Source of the DNA: Burkholderiales bacterium
GTDB lineage: Bacteria; Pseudomonadota; Gammaproteobacteria; Burkholderiales; Burkholderiaceae_D
Direction of reading: 5' to 3'
Assembly (NCBI GenBank): GCA_038245975.1
Contig: JBBRRW010000001.1
Coordinates: 1 to 50,738, forward strand
Length of the DNA stretch: 50,738 nt
The translations under genes and the position numbers were made by a program. Below are positions 9,086 through 20,073 of the stretch, one piece after another (the first letter of the stretch is position 1; every line of letters starts with the position of its first letter). The notes under the pieces were generated by a model. The model was not told the origin of the DNA. It did not search any database and worked only from the letters and a program-made list of their open reading frames with translations.

Positions 9086-9933
9086 GAAATCTCCTTCTGT
9101 GCCTGCGGCAGGACCAGCGTGCGGACCGCTTTCGCAAAGCCTTCGTCGCGGTTGCTCGCCGTCACGGCGTCGGCCGCACTCTTGACGCCGTCCGGCGCGT
9201 TGCCCATCGCGATCGCGAAGCCCGCGATCTCGAGCATCGCGAGATCGTTGGCCATGTCGCCGATCGCGGCCATGTCGGCCAATGCCAGTCCGGCATGCGC
9301 GGCGATCGCGCGCAACGCGTTGCCCTTGTTCGCCTTCGCGTGGATGACGTCGAGGTAGTAGGCCTGCGACAGCAGCGCGCGGGCGTCGGCGGACAGACGC
9401 GGGGCCAATTCCTTGCCGGCGCGTTCGAGCAGCGCCGCGTCGGGGCTGCTGCCGACGATCTTGCCGATCCCGCCAATGCCGTCGAAGCTCGGCACGACGG
9501 TGGGTTCGAAGCCGACCGTGTGCTGCTCGTGCGCGACGTAGTGCCCGTTTGGATCGAGCACGAACCAGTCGTCCATCGTGAAGATCCAGGTGTCGATGCC
9601 CAGCGTCGCGAACAGCGCGAGCGCGACCCGCGCGTCGTCGTCGCCGAGCGGCTCGAAGGAGATCGGCCGCAGGCCCGCATCGAGCAGCGCGCCGCCGTTG
9701 AAGGCTGCCGCCGCGGGACGCCGGTCGTCGTGCGGGTCGGGATGCAGTTCGAGCGCGTCCGCGATGCCGGCCAGGCCGCGCGGCGGCCGGCTGCTGACGA
9801 ACGCGAAACCGATGCCCGCGGCCTGCAAGGCCTTCACGGCGTCGCGGGCTTCGGCCGTGACGTCCTTGTCGGGCGTGACGAGCGTGCCGTCGACATCGGA
9901 GACCAGGAAGCGGATCACGTCAGGTCCCGCCAC
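9082..9933 (-). CDS. Cof-type HAD-IIB hydrolase
   Basis: SDVDGTLV motif I, SSRPP, NKG and IGDMANDLAML..AMGNA. Stop overlaps the pgl start. Confidence 0.9.
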   Translation of the reverse strand: MAGPDVIRFLVSDVDGTLVTPDKDVTAEARDAVKALQAAGIGFAFVSSRPPRGLAGIADALELHPDPHDDRRPAAAAFNGGALLDAGLRPISFEPLGDDDARVALALFATLGIDTWIFTMDDWFVLDPNGHYVAHEQHTVGFEPTVVPSFDGIGGIGKIVGSSPDAALLERAGKELAPRLSADARALLSQAYYLDVIHAKANKGNALRAIAAHAGLALADMAAIGDMANDLAMLEIAGFAIAMGNAPDGVKSAADAVTASNRDEGFAKAVRTLVLPQAQKEIS

Positions 9934-11555
9934 CGCCGCCCGTCACGGGCCAGCAGGTCGTCGGCCGCCGCCGGTCCGTTGCTGCCGGCCTTGTAGTCGG
10001 TCAGCGAGCCGTAGCCCTTGTGCCATGCGTCGAGGATCGGTTGCACCGCGGCCCATCCGCCTTCGATGTTGTCGGCGCGCTGGAACAGCGTCGCATCGCC
10101 GGTCATGCAGTCGTAGATCAGCGTCTCGTAGCCGGTGTTGGGCTTGGCCTGGAAATAGTCGCTGTACTTGAAGTTCATCTTGACGCCGGAGATGGCAAGC
10201 TGCTGGCCCGGCACCTTGGCCTGGAAGTTGGTCGACACGCCTTCCTCGGGCTGCACGTGCAGGATCAGTTCGTTCGACGGCAGCGTGGCCTGCGGCAGGT
10301 CGCGGAACAGCGCGTACGGCACCTGCTTGAAGCGGATCGCGATCTCGGTCTTCCGCGTCGCCAGCGCCTTGCCGGTGCGCACGTAGAACGGCACGTCGGC
10401 CCAGCGCCAGTTGTCGATCATCAGCTTCATCGCCACGTAGGTCTCGGTGGTCGAGTCGCGCCTGACATCGGGTTCCTCGCGATAGTTCTTCACGGGCTTG
10501 CCCTGCACGGTACCGGCCATGTAGCGGCCGCGGACCGTGTCGTTGGCCGCCTCGCGCGGCGGCAGCGCACGGATCGCCTGGACGACCTTCGCCTTCTCGC
10601 TGCGCACGGCGTCGGCGGAGAACGAGTTCGGCGCCTCCATCGCGCACATCGCGAGCAGCTGGAACATGTGGTTCGGCACCATGTCGCGCAACGCGCCGGT
10701 GGCGTCGTAGAACGAGCCGCGGCGTTCGACGCCGACCGTCTCGCTCGCGGTGATCTGCACGTGGTCGATGTGTTGGCGGTTCCACAGCGGCTCGAAGAAG
10801 CCGTTGGCGAAACGCAGAACCATGATGTTCTGCACCGTCTCCTTGCCGAGGAAGTGGTCCATGCGGAACACCTGGTCCTCGCGCAGGACTTTGAGGATGA
10901 TCTTGTCGAGTTCCTTCGCCGACGCCAGGTCGTGGCCGAACGGCTTCTCGATGATCAGCCGGCGCCAGCCGTTGCGCGTCTGCTTCAGCAGTTGCGACGC
11001 CGCCAGATGCTGGATGGTCGGCTCGAACAGCGACGACGCGATTGCGAGATAGAAGATGACGTTGCCGATCGCGGCCTGATTGCCGGCGGCCCTGTCGCCG
11101 TCGCCAGCCTTCTTTTTTGTGCCATTGTCGTTCAGCGACGCGATCAGGTTGCCGAGGTCGACGTACGAGTTCGGGTCGCCGAGGTCGGCCGCCAGGTAAT
11201 GGATGTGATCGCGCAGGAACGCCCACTGGTTCTTCTCGACCGTGACGTGGCCGTCCTGCACATCGAACGCGCCGCCGGTCTCGGCGAAGCACTTCTTGAT
11301 CGACGTGGTGAGGTCCTCGCGGAACTGCTCGTCGGTCATCGGGCTGCGCGACACGCCGATCACGCGGAAGCCCGGATCGAGAGAGCCCGCGCGCGCGAGG
11401 TTGTACAGCGCCGGCATCAGCAGCCGGTGGGTGAGGTCGCCCGACGCGCCGAAGATCACCAGCGTGCACGGCGGCGCCGGCGGTGCAGCGACATGGTCGA
11501 TCAGCGGGGGCGAGACCGCGCGCCCGTTCTTCCTGGCTACCGGCTTGCCCGTCAT
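9915..11555 (-). CDS. zwf: Glucose-6-phosphate 1-dehydrogenase
   Basis: [29 protein letters not shown] and [17 protein letters not shown] overlaps the gnd stop (ATGA). Confidence 0.95.
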   Translation of the reverse strand: MTGKPVARKNGRAVSPPLIDHVAAPPAPPCTLVIFGASGDLTHRLLMPALYNLARAGSLDPGFRVIGVSRSPMTDEQFREDLTTSIKKCFAETGGAFDVQDGHVTVEKNQWAFLRDHIHYLAADLGDPNSYVDLGNLIASLNDNGTKKKAGDGDRAAGNQAAIGNVIFYLAIASSLFEPTIQHLAASQLLKQTRNGWRRLIIEKPFGHDLASAKELDKIILKVLREDQVFRMDHFLGKETVQNIMVLRFANGFFEPLWNRQHIDHVQITASETVGVERRGSFYDATGALRDMVPNHMFQLLAMCAMEAPNSFSADAVRSEKAKVVQAIRALPPREAANDTVRGRYMAGTVQGKPVKNYREEPDVRRDSTTETYVAMKLMIDNWRWADVPFYVRTGKALATRKTEIAIRFKQVPYALFRDLPQATLPSNELILHVQPEEGVSTNFQAKVPGQQLAISGVKMNFKYSDYFQAKPNTGYETLIYDCMTGDATLFQRADNIEGGWAAVQPILDAWHKGYGSLTDYKAGSNGPAAADDLLARDGRRWRDLT

Positions 11556-12544
11556 TTCTTCTTGACCCCTTCCAGGTGACCGCCGAACTGGTTGCGCATC
11601 GCCGACAGCAGCTTGTCGGCCACCGTGTGGTCGCGCCGCGAGCGGAAGCGCGCATACAGCGACGCCGATAGCACGTTGACCGGCACCTCTTCCTCGATGG
11701 CCGCGTCGAGCGTCCAGCGGCCCTCGCCCGAATCGGCGACCTCGCCGGTGAACGCCGACAGCGTCGCATCCTCGGCCAGTGCGATCGACGTCAGGTCGAG
11801 CAGCCACGACGCGACCACGCTGCCGCGCCGCCACACCTCGGCGATGTCGGCGGTGTTGAGGTCGTAACGCTCGGCCTCGGGCAGCTTGGTCGACGACTTG
11901 TTGGCGAGGATGTCGAAGCCTTCGGCATAGGCCTGCATCAGCCCGTACTCGATGCCGTTGTGGATCATCTTCACGAAGTGGCCCGACCCGACCGGACCGC
12001 AGTGCAGGTAGCCCTGCTCGGCGCGCGGATCGAGGTCGTCGCGGCCATCGCGATGCGGCGTCCGGTCGACCGAACCCGGTCCCGGCGCCAGCGATGCGAG
12101 CAGCGGATCGAGGCGATCCACCGCAGCCTTGTCGCCGCCGATCATCATGCAATAGCCGCGTTCACGACCCCACACGCCGCCCGACGTACCGACGTCGACG
12201 TAGAGTATGCCGTCCTTCTTCAAATCGACCGAGCGGCGGATGTCGTCCTTGTAGAAGGTGTTGCCGCCGTCGATCACGATGTCGTCGGCGGCCAGCAGCG
12301 GCCGGAGCGCGGCGATCGTGTCCTCGGTGATCTTGCCGGCCGGCAGCATCAGCCAGATCGCACGCGGCTGCGCGAGCTTGGCGACGAAGTCCTGCAGGTC
12401 CTTCGCGCCGGTCATGTGATCGGCTGCCAGCTTGTCGACCGCCGCCATGTCGCGGTCATAGACGACGCAGCAGTGTCCCTTCTCGGTCAGCCGGCGCGCG
12501 ATGTTGCCGCCCATGCGTCCGAGTCCCACTACGCCCAATTGCAT
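11552..12544 (-). CDS. gnd: 6-phosphogluconate dehydrogenase (decarboxylating, short NAD-type)
   Basis: [37 protein letters not shown] and MRNQFGGH. Confidence 0.95.
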   Translation of the reverse strand: MQLGVVGLGRMGGNIARRLTEKGHCCVVYDRDMAAVDKLAADHMTGAKDLQDFVAKLAQPRAIWLMLPAGKITEDTIAALRPLLAADDIVIDGGNTFYKDDIRRSVDLKKDGILYVDVGTSGGVWGRERGYCMMIGGDKAAVDRLDPLLASLAPGPGSVDRTPHRDGRDDLDPRAEQGYLHCGPVGSGHFVKMIHNGIEYGLMQAYAEGFDILANKSSTKLPEAERYDLNTADIAEVWRRGSVVASWLLDLTSIALAEDATLSAFTGEVADSGEGRWTLDAAIEEEVPVNVLSASLYARFRSRRDHTVADKLLSAMRNQFGGHLEGVKKK

Positions 12545-12630
12545 CGAAGACTCCCGGTGGTTGCTGCGACTGTTCAGACCAGACGATCAAGACCCGATGA
12601 AGCGGGAATCGCGGATGGTCGGGCCGCGAT

Positions 12631-14475
12631 TCAGAAGACCCGTGCGGGCGGGGAGCCGACCGTGTCGTTCTGCGCGTCGGCCGCCATGCAGGCGGCGCGT
12701 GACAGGCCGAGCGCCGAGTTGATCAGCGAGACGTGCGAGAACGCCTGCGGGAAATTGCCGAGCTGGCGCTTCGCGACCGGATCGTATTCCTCGGCCAGCA
12801 GGCCGACGTCGTTGGCGATCGCGAGCAGGCGGTCGAACAGCCGTGTCGCCTCGTCGACACGACCCTGCAGCCGCAGGTTGTCGACCAGCCAGAAGCTGCA
12901 CGCGAGGAACACGCCTTCGCCCGGGGGCAGGCCGTCGGTGCCGCCGGCGGTGCTGTAACGTTTCACGAAGCCGTCGACCAGCAACTCCTGCTCGATCGCC
13001 GCGACCGTGCCGATCATCCGCGGGTCGCTGGCCGGGAGGAAGCCGCACATCGGGATCAGCAGCAGGCTCGCGTCGAGCGCCTGCGAGCCGTAGCTCTGGA
13101 CGAAGGCGTTGCGCTGCGCATCGAAGCCCTTCGTGCAGACCTGGTCGTGGATGACGGTGCAGAGTGCCCGCCAGCGGTCGACCGGCCCATCGAGATGGAA
13201 CTTCTCGGCCGAGCGCACGGCGCGGTCGAACGCGGTCCACACCATGATCTTCGAGAACGTGAACTGCCGCGCGCCGTTGCGCGTCTCCCAGATGCTCTCG
13301 TCGGGCAGGTGCCAGATGGTTTCGAGATGCTCGAGCAACCTGAGCTGGAACGGCCAGATCGCATCGTCGTCGTCGAGGCCGCCGAGGCGCGCGTAATGCA
13401 GCGCGCCCGTCACCTGGCCGTAGACGTCGAGCTGCAACTGGTTGAATGCGGCGTTGCCGATGCGGATCGGCTTCGAGCCTTCGTAGCCGGGCAGCCAGTC
13501 GAGCTCCCATTCCTCGAGATGCTGTTCGCCGGCGAGTCCATACATGATGCGCAGTTGCGATGGATCGCCCGCGACCGCGCGTTCGAGCCACATGCGCCAC
13601 GCGCGGGCCTCGTCGTAGTAGCCGGCGTTCATCAGCGCGAACAGCGTGAGGGTCGCGTCGCGCAGCCAGCAATAGCGATAGTCCCAGTTGCGCACGCCGC
13701 CGATCGACTCGGGCAGCGACGTGGTCGGTGCCGCGACGATGCCGCCGGTCGCGCCGAAGGTCAGCGCCTTGAGGACCATCAGCGAACGACGGACCATGTC
13801 CGTGTAGGCCCCGGCATCGACCTTGCGCTCGCCCCACTTCTCCCAGTACGCAATGGTCTCGCGCAGTGCGTCCTCGGCATCGATCGGCGGCGGTAGCGGC
13901 AGGTGTGACGCGCCGTGGCTCAGCACGAAGGCGACACGTTCGCCTGCGCTCACGTCGAAGCCGGCGACCGTCTGCATGCCTTCGCCCTCGAGCTCGACGG
14001 CCGTGCGCAGCGTCACCATGCTCGGCCCGGCGATCGCGCGGATGCCGTTGGCGCCGTCGGGCAGTCGGGTAACCCACGGCGTGGTCGCCCCGTAGTCGAA
14101 GCGCAGGCTCAGCATGCTGCGCATCGCGACGCGGCCCGCGAGGCCTTCGACGATGCGCACGATCAGCGACAGGCCGTCGCCGCGCGGCGGCATGAAGTCG
14201 ATGACCTTGACGCGGCCGGCCGGCGCGGCGAACGTGGTCTCGAGGATCAGCGTGTGGTCGTTGTAGCTGCGCGTGACGACCGCTTCGGCACCGCTGTCGT
14301 CGCGTTGCGGCGCGATGCGCCAGCGCCCGTGGTTCTCATCGCCGAGCAGCGCGGCGAAGCAGGCGGCGCTGTCGAAGCGCGGCACGCAGAACCAGTCGAT
14401 GCTGCCGTTGCGGGCCACCAGCGCTGCGGTCTGGCAGTCGCCGATCAGCGCGTAGTCTTCGATTGGGAGGGACAT
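12631..14475 (-). CDS. Glycoside hydrolase family 15 (trehalase/glucoamylase-like)
   Basis: IEDYALIGDC, AAPTTSLPE..GG.RNWDYRYCWLRD, QLDVYG, IWETR, LLAEEYD and GNFPQAFSH. Confidence 0.93.
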   Translation of the reverse strand: MSLPIEDYALIGDCQTAALVARNGSIDWFCVPRFDSAACFAALLGDENHGRWRIAPQRDDSGAEAVVTRSYNDHTLILETTFAAPAGRVKVIDFMPPRGDGLSLIVRIVEGLAGRVAMRSMLSLRFDYGATTPWVTRLPDGANGIRAIAGPSMVTLRTAVELEGEGMQTVAGFDVSAGERVAFVLSHGASHLPLPPPIDAEDALRETIAYWEKWGERKVDAGAYTDMVRRSLMVLKALTFGATGGIVAAPTTSLPESIGGVRNWDYRYCWLRDATLTLFALMNAGYYDEARAWRMWLERAVAGDPSQLRIMYGLAGEQHLEEWELDWLPGYEGSKPIRIGNAAFNQLQLDVYGQVTGALHYARLGGLDDDDAIWPFQLRLLEHLETIWHLPDESIWETRNGARQFTFSKIMVWTAFDRAVRSAEKFHLDGPVDRWRALCTVIHDQVCTKGFDAQRNAFVQSYGSQALDASLLLIPMCGFLPASDPRMIGTVAAIEQELLVDGFVKRYSTAGGTDGLPPGEGVFLACSFWLVDNLRLQGRVDEATRLFDRLLAIANDVGLLAEEYDPVAKRQLGNFPQAFSHVSLINSALGLSRAACMAADAQNDTVGSPPARVF

Positions 14476-14678
14476 CGGAACCTTGGTGCGGCCGCGCGGG
14501 TGGTGCGGCGAGGGTGGGGAGGAGCTGTCGAGGCCGGCTTACTCTACGTCGATCCGGCGAACGCCGCGTGACCGACCCGATGCGGCCCGGGACGCGCACT
14601 CTCGACTGACCGGCGCGGCCGCGGCGAGTTCGCGGCGTGTTCCGGAAGGACGACCCGCGACGGGCGGCCGGCCCCGCG

Positions 14679-15614
14679 TCAGGGTGCGGCGAGCGCGTCG
14701 TTGAGGGTCTTCGCGAGTCGCACGCCGGCCTTGCGCAACTGCGTCGCGGCGATCTCCGACGCGGGCCGGTAGTAGGCCTCGTCGAGGGGCACGACGTCGG
14801 TGATCGGCTTCTCGCAGACGAACGCGGTCCGCAGCGTCGGATAGATGAAGTCGCGTGCGAGCACGAAGCTCTCGGCCGCCCACGCGTCGAGCGTGCCGAC
14901 GTCCCAGTCCTTGCGCGTCTCGGCACTCGGCTGGTCAGCGAGGAATCTGTCGTAGCCGCCGCGCTCGTCGAACATCCGATACGGGATCAGCCGGTCCCAC
15001 GCCGTGTGCAGGTTGTACGGCATCTGCGTGCGCCCCTCGACCGGGTCGTCCATGCGCTTGCCGAGGAACGTGATCTTGACGTCGTTGCCGCCCTTGTCGT
15101 CGTGGTCGGACGCGTGCAGCGGCTGATGCAGGTCGCCGACCAGGTGCGTGATCCACTTCAGCGCTTCGTTGCGGGCCCGCTGCGGCTGCGACCGGTCCTT
15201 GAGGATGGCGACCTGCTTCGCGACCCATGCGGTCGCGCACTTGCCGTCGGGGCAATACACCTTGCGGTCGGGGATGCCGCAGATCGGGATGTCATCGTAG
15301 TGATAGACGCCGGTGGCGCGCTGTTCGGGCGTGGCGCGCAGTTCGTCGGGCCAGCTTGCGACCTGCGCGAGCGTCGCGCGGCCCGACGGCTTGCCGTCGG
15401 CCGTGAGGTCGTCGCGCAGCAGGTCGGCGACGGCGAGGGTCGCGGCGGGGGTGAGGAACTGCGTGGCGATGTCGCCGACCATCGCGTGGCCGCGGGCGCT
15501 CCAGGCAACGGCGGCACTTGGCCACGACGACAGGACCGCGAACGCCAACGTCGCGGCGAGTGTCCGCGATGCAAGACGGCACAGCTGTGTTGCGCTTGAT
15601 TGGGTGACCGGCAT
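14679..15614 (-). CDS. Secreted S1/P1 nuclease
   Basis: Signal peptide, mature N-terminus WSARGH, WPD, HLVGDLHQPLH, DKGGN, NLHTAWD and QLRKAGVRLA (Zn-ligand pattern). Confidence 0.92.
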   Translation of the reverse strand: MPVTQSSATQLCRLASRTLAATLAFAVLSSWPSAAVAWSARGHAMVGDIATQFLTPAATLAVADLLRDDLTADGKPSGRATLAQVASWPDELRATPEQRATGVYHYDDIPICGIPDRKVYCPDGKCATAWVAKQVAILKDRSQPQRARNEALKWITHLVGDLHQPLHASDHDDKGGNDVKITFLGKRMDDPVEGRTQMPYNLHTAWDRLIPYRMFDERGGYDRFLADQPSAETRKDWDVGTLDAWAAESFVLARDFIYPTLRTAFVCEKPITDVVPLDEAYYRPASEIAATQLRKAGVRLAKTLNDALAAP

Positions 15615-15779
15615 GAAATGGGGCGCTGTCGGCAAATGTGCATCATAACGGCGCTCGCGCGGGCTCGAAGTCCGCCTGACGACGGGCGTTCCAGCCGGCT
15701 TGCTCAGCGCCCCGTCTCTCAAGAAAGCGTCGTTCGCGCCAAAAGAACGTGTGGACGAATCTTTCACTTGAAGGCATCG

Positions 15780-17625
15780 ATGGACGCGGCACTCGGAGAA
15801 CGCGCCGGGGTGGCAACCCCCTACGGGTCCACGGTCACGGACGCGACGGTGCTCGAAGGGCTGCTCGGGTACGGCGTCGGCGCCGGAACGGGCCCGGTGG
15901 CGCGTCTGCTGAGCGAGCGCGGCTTGCGCGTCGTCTTCCAGCCGATCGTGAACATGCTCGCCGGCTCCATCTATGCGCATGAGGCGCTGATCCGCGGTCC
16001 GCGTGGCATGCCGTTGATCGCCGGACGCGCTCCTCAAGGCCGCGCGCAGCGAGGGCCTGCTGCTCGAGTTCGAGTTGGCCTGCGTCGCCGTGGCCTTCTG
16101 CCGCTGGGCGGAGTTGCGGCAACCGGGGCGGCTGTTCGTGAACATCAGCGCGACCGCGCTGGTCGAGCGTTTCTCGCAAGCCTCGGCACACCCTTTGATC
16201 GACGCGATCGAGCGATTCGGCCTGCATCCGCGGAGGTTGACGATGGAGATCACCGAACACGAACATATTTCGGACGTCGACGCGTTGCTCAGGGTCGCAA
16301 AGGAGATGTATGGCTGGGGCATCTCCTGCGCGCTCGACGACTTCGGTGACGGGCGCTCGAGCTTGCGGCTATGGGCCGAGCTGACGCCGGACATCGTCAA
16401 GATCGACAAGTACTTCACGCGCGAACTCAGCACGCATGCGAAGAAGCTGCAGACGCTGCGCGCGATCATGCAGATCGCCGACATCTTCGGCACGTGGCTG
16501 GTCGCCGAGGGCATCGAGACGGCGGACGATCTTCGCGCGGTCAGGCATCTCGGCATCAACTACGGACAAGGCTACCTGCTCGGTCGGCCCGACGGCGATC
16601 CTTACGTCGAACCCGAGCCCGAAGCGACCGACGTCATCAAGGACCAGCAGGTCTCGGTGATGCCGGTCATGCGATCGGCGGCCTCGGCGGGCCGCCTGAA
16701 CGACTTGCGTGTGATCCACTCCCGCCCCATCGCGTTGTCGATCACCAACGACGAAGTCCTCGAGATGTTCGCCACCCAGCCGACATGGGCAGGGATCGTG
16801 AACGTCGACCATAACGTCCCGATCGGCCTGATCGCGCGCGAGAAGTACGTCGAGCACTTCGCGCAGCCGTTCTTCAAGGAGATCTACGGCAGGAAGCCGG
16901 CCGCGACCTTCGCGAACATGTCGCCGCGGCTGGTCGAACGCGAACACAACATCAGCGAGCTGATGGGCATCCTCACGTCGGCGGACCAGCGTGACCTGAC
17001 CGAAGGATTCATCGTCACCGAGAACGGGCGTTACATCGGTGTCGGCAGCGCCGACCAGCTCGTGCGCAACGTGACCGAATCGCGGATCGAGGCGGCGCGC
17101 CATGCCAACCCGTTGACGTTCCTGCCCGGAAACATCCCGATCAGCGAGCACATCGAACGACTGCTGCGCGGCGGTGGATCCTTCATCGCCTGCTACGCGG
17201 ACCTTGCCGACTTCAAGCCGTTCAACGATCACTACGGCTACTGGAGAGGCGACGAGATGATCCAGCTCGTCGCGGCCGTCGCGGTCGCGGCCTGCGATCC
17301 GCAAAGGGACTTCGTCGGCCATGTCGGAGGCGACGACTTCGTCCTGCTGTTCCAGGGCCACGACTGGCGGCGGCGATGCGACTTCATGATCGAGGACTTC
17401 AACCGACGTGCGCTCGCGCTGTACGACGAGGAAGGGCGCGCCGCCGGCGGCATCCGCGCCGAAGACCGGCAAGGCGTCGCGCGATTCTTCCCGTTCACGC
17501 GGCTCTACCTCGGTGCCGTCGAAGCATCCTGTGGACGCTTCAGCGACGCGAAGCGTGTCGCCACCGCGGCGGCCAGAGCGAAGCACGCGGCGAAGGAAGC
17601 GGGGACCGGGATCGCCGTCCAGTAA
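15780..17625 (+). pseudogene. EAL-CBS-GGDEF c-di-GMP enzyme split by a frameshift near 16017
   Basis: One frame carries VFQPIV..HEALIRGP.GMPL. At ccg ttg a tcg ccg gac the reading continues in another frame as SPDALL...DDFGDG...EGIE...ANPLTFLPGN...GHVGGDDF. Could be a sequencing error. Confidence 0.75.
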
Positions 17626-17796
17626 GTACGGGGACGGACGGGTTCAGGGTTTTCCCGCACCGGTTCGGACGGGTACTTGGATTATCCTCGGCGTCCCAAC
17701 CAAGCGGTCGCTTTCTCGACTACGCATGGGGCAACCGCCCCTTTCGGTCACGGAAATGCAGCGCCGCCGACCCCATCGATTCGAGGAGACTCCGTG

Positions 17797-18978
17797 ATGA
17801 TTTCCATCAAGCGTCCGCGCGCGACGCCGTTCCGTCGGTTCGCAGCCATCGCCGCGTTCGCCGTGATCGCGACCGCCCCGTTCGCCGCGCAGGCACAGAT
17901 CAAGGTCGGCATCACGCTGTCGGCCACCGGCCCCGCCGCATCGCTCGGCATCCCGCAGAAGAACTCGGTCGCGCTGCTGCCGAAGACCATCGGCGGCAAG
18001 ACCGTGGACTACGTGATCCTCGATGACGGTTCCGACGCGACCAACGCGGTCAAGAACACCCGCAAGCTGATCAGCGACGACAACGTGGACGTGATCCTCG
18101 GCTCGTCGATCACGCCGAACTCGCTGGCGATGGTGGACGTGGTGTCCGAACTGCAGACGCCGATGATCAGCATGGCCGCGAGCGCCAAGATCGTCGAGCC
18201 GATGGACGCCAAGCACGCGTGGGTCTTCAAGACGCCGCAGAACGATGCGCTGATGGCGAGTGCCATCGCCGATCACATGGCGGCCAACGGCGTGAAGACC
18301 GTCGGCTTCATCGGCTTCTCGGATGCCTACGGCCAGGGCTGGTACGCCGAGTTCTCGAAGGTGGCCGAAGCCAAGGGCATCAAGATCGTCGCCAACGAAA
18401 GCTATGCGCGCGCCGACACCAGCGTCACCGGCCAGGTGCTCAAGCTGATGTCGGCGAACCCCGACGCCATCCTCATCGCCGGTGCCGGCACGCCGGCCGC
18501 CTTGCCGCAGAAGGCGCTGAAGGAACGTGGCTACAAGGGCAAGTTCTACCAGACCCACGGCGTCGCCAACGCGGACTTCCTGCGCGTTTGCGGCGCGGAC
18601 TGCAACGGCACGATATTGCCCGCCGGCCCGATTCTGGTCGCCGCGCAACTGCCCGACGGCAACCCATCGAAGGCGCCCGCGCTGGCTTACGTGAAGGACT
18701 ACGAAGCGGCATACGGCCCCGGTTCGGTCGCCACCTTCGGCGCGCACCTGTACGACGCGGGGCTGCTGCTGCAGAAGGCCATCCCCGAAGCGCTGAAGAC
18801 CGCCCAACCGGGCACGCCGGCGTTCCGCAAGGCGCTGCGCGATGCGCTCGAAGCCACCAGCAACGTGCCCGCCACGCACGGCGTGTTCACGATGACGAAG
18901 ACCGACCACGCAGGCCTCGACACGCGCGGTCGCGTGATGGTCATGATCGACAACGGCAAGTGGGTGCTGCAGAAGTGA
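17797..18978 (+). CDS. ABC transporter substrate-binding protein (LivK/aromatic-compound type)
   Basis: GAGGAG RBS, signal peptide AQA-Q, IKVGITLSATGPAASLG, LDDGSD, FKTPQND and YQTHG. Confidence 0.9.
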   Translation: MISIKRPRATPFRRFAAIAAFAVIATAPFAAQAQIKVGITLSATGPAASLGIPQKNSVALLPKTIGGKTVDYVILDDGSDATNAVKNTRKLISDDNVDVILGSSITPNSLAMVDVVSELQTPMISMAASAKIVEPMDAKHAWVFKTPQNDALMASAIADHMAANGVKTVGFIGFSDAYGQGWYAEFSKVAEAKGIKIVANESYARADTSVTGQVLKLMSANPDAILIAGAGTPAALPQKALKERGYKGKFYQTHGVANADFLRVCGADCNGTILPAGPILVAAQLPDGNPSKAPALAYVKDYEAAYGPGSVATFGAHLYDAGLLLQKAIPEALKTAQPGTPAFRKALRDALEATSNVPATHGVFTMTKTDHAGLDTRGRVMVMIDNGKWVLQK

Positions 18979-19035
18979 AGCGTGTGGTCGAACCTCGGCG
19001 GCCGTCTCGTGTCTTCGTGAAGGCCGGATAGCACG

Positions 19036-20073
19036 ATGGATGGTTCGATCGCGCTGATCCTCATCCAGGATGGCATCACCAACGGCGCGATCTACGCGCT
19101 GCTGGCCATCGCGCTGGTGCTGGTCTTCGCGGTCACGCGCACCATCTTCATCCCGCAGGGCGAGTTCGTCACCTTCGGTGCGCTGACGCTGGCCGGCTTC
19201 GTCAGCGGCAAGACGCCGGGCACCGCGACGCTGCTGGTTGTGGCCGGCGCGATCGCCTGGCTGATGGACGTCGCGGTGGCCGTGCGTTTCCGCAACTTCC
19301 GGCCGCTGCTGCGGTCGACGATCGGCTTCCTGGTCGTGCCGGTTGTCTTCTATTTCGGCGCCGGCTACGCCGCGAGCCATGGCCTGCCGCTGGCGGTCAA
19401 CGTGCTGCTGACGCTCGCGCTGGTCGTGCCGTTCGGGCCCATCCTCTATCGCGTCGCTTACCAGCCGGTGGCCGAGGCGTCGGTGCTGGTGCTGCTGATC
19501 GTGTCGGTCGGCGTGCACCTGGCGATGACCGGCCTCGGCCTGATCTTCTTCGGGGCCGAAGGCTCGCGCACGCCGCCGTTCGCCGAAGGCTCGCTCACGC
19601 TCGGCGCCACCACCGTCTCGGCGCAGAGCCTGGTGGTGGTGGGCACGAGCATCGCGCTGATCGTGGCGCTCTACCTGTTCTTCGAATTCACGCTGTACGG
19701 CAAGGCCCTGCGCGCGACCGCGGTCAACCGGCGCGGCGCGCGGCTGATGGGCATCAGCACCGTGATGAGCGGTCGCATCACGTTCGCGGTCGCCGCGCTG
19801 ATCGGCACCTTCTCCGGCATGCTGATCGCGCCGATCACCACGGTCTACTACGACTCGGGCTTCCTGATCGGCCTGAAGGGCTTCGTGGCGGCCATCATCG
19901 GCGGCCTTGGCAGCTATCCGATCGCGGCCATCGGCGCGATCCTGGTCGGCATCCTCGAAGCCTTCTCGTCGTTCTGGGCCAGCGCGTACAAGGAGGTGAT
20001 CGTCTTCACGCTGATCATCCCGGTACTGCTGGTGCGCTCGATGACCAGCCGTCATGTGGAGGAAGAAGAGTGA
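19036..20073 (+). CDS. Branched-chain-type ABC transporter permease (LivH-like)
   Basis: [47 protein letters not shown] and many TM segments. Confidence 0.9.
   Translation: MDGSIALILIQDGITNGAIYALLAIALVLVFAVTRTIFIPQGEFVTFGALTLAGFVSGKTPGTATLLVVAGAIAWLMDVAVAVRFRNFRPLLRSTIGFLVVPVVFYFGAGYAASHGLPLAVNVLLTLALVVPFGPILYRVAYQPVAEASVLVLLIVSVGVHLAMTGLGLIFFGAEGSRTPPFAEGSLTLGATTVSAQSLVVVGTSIALIVALYLFFEFTLYGKALRATAVNRRGARLMGISTVMSGRITFAVAALIGTFSGMLIAPITTVYYDSGFLIGLKGFVAAIIGGLGSYPIAAIGAILVGILEAFSSFWASAYKEVIVFTLIIPVLLVRSMTSRHVEEEE

Noticed and set aside
9915-12152. 745-aa extended Zwf from the ORF track
   Set aside because: The N-terminal extension overlaps gnd in another frame. The start at 11555, coupled to the gnd stop, is more plausible.
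14679-16559. 626-aa extended S1/P1 nuclease
   Set aside because: The extension is antisense to the EAL gene. The signal peptide and the required mature N-terminal Trp place the start near 15614.
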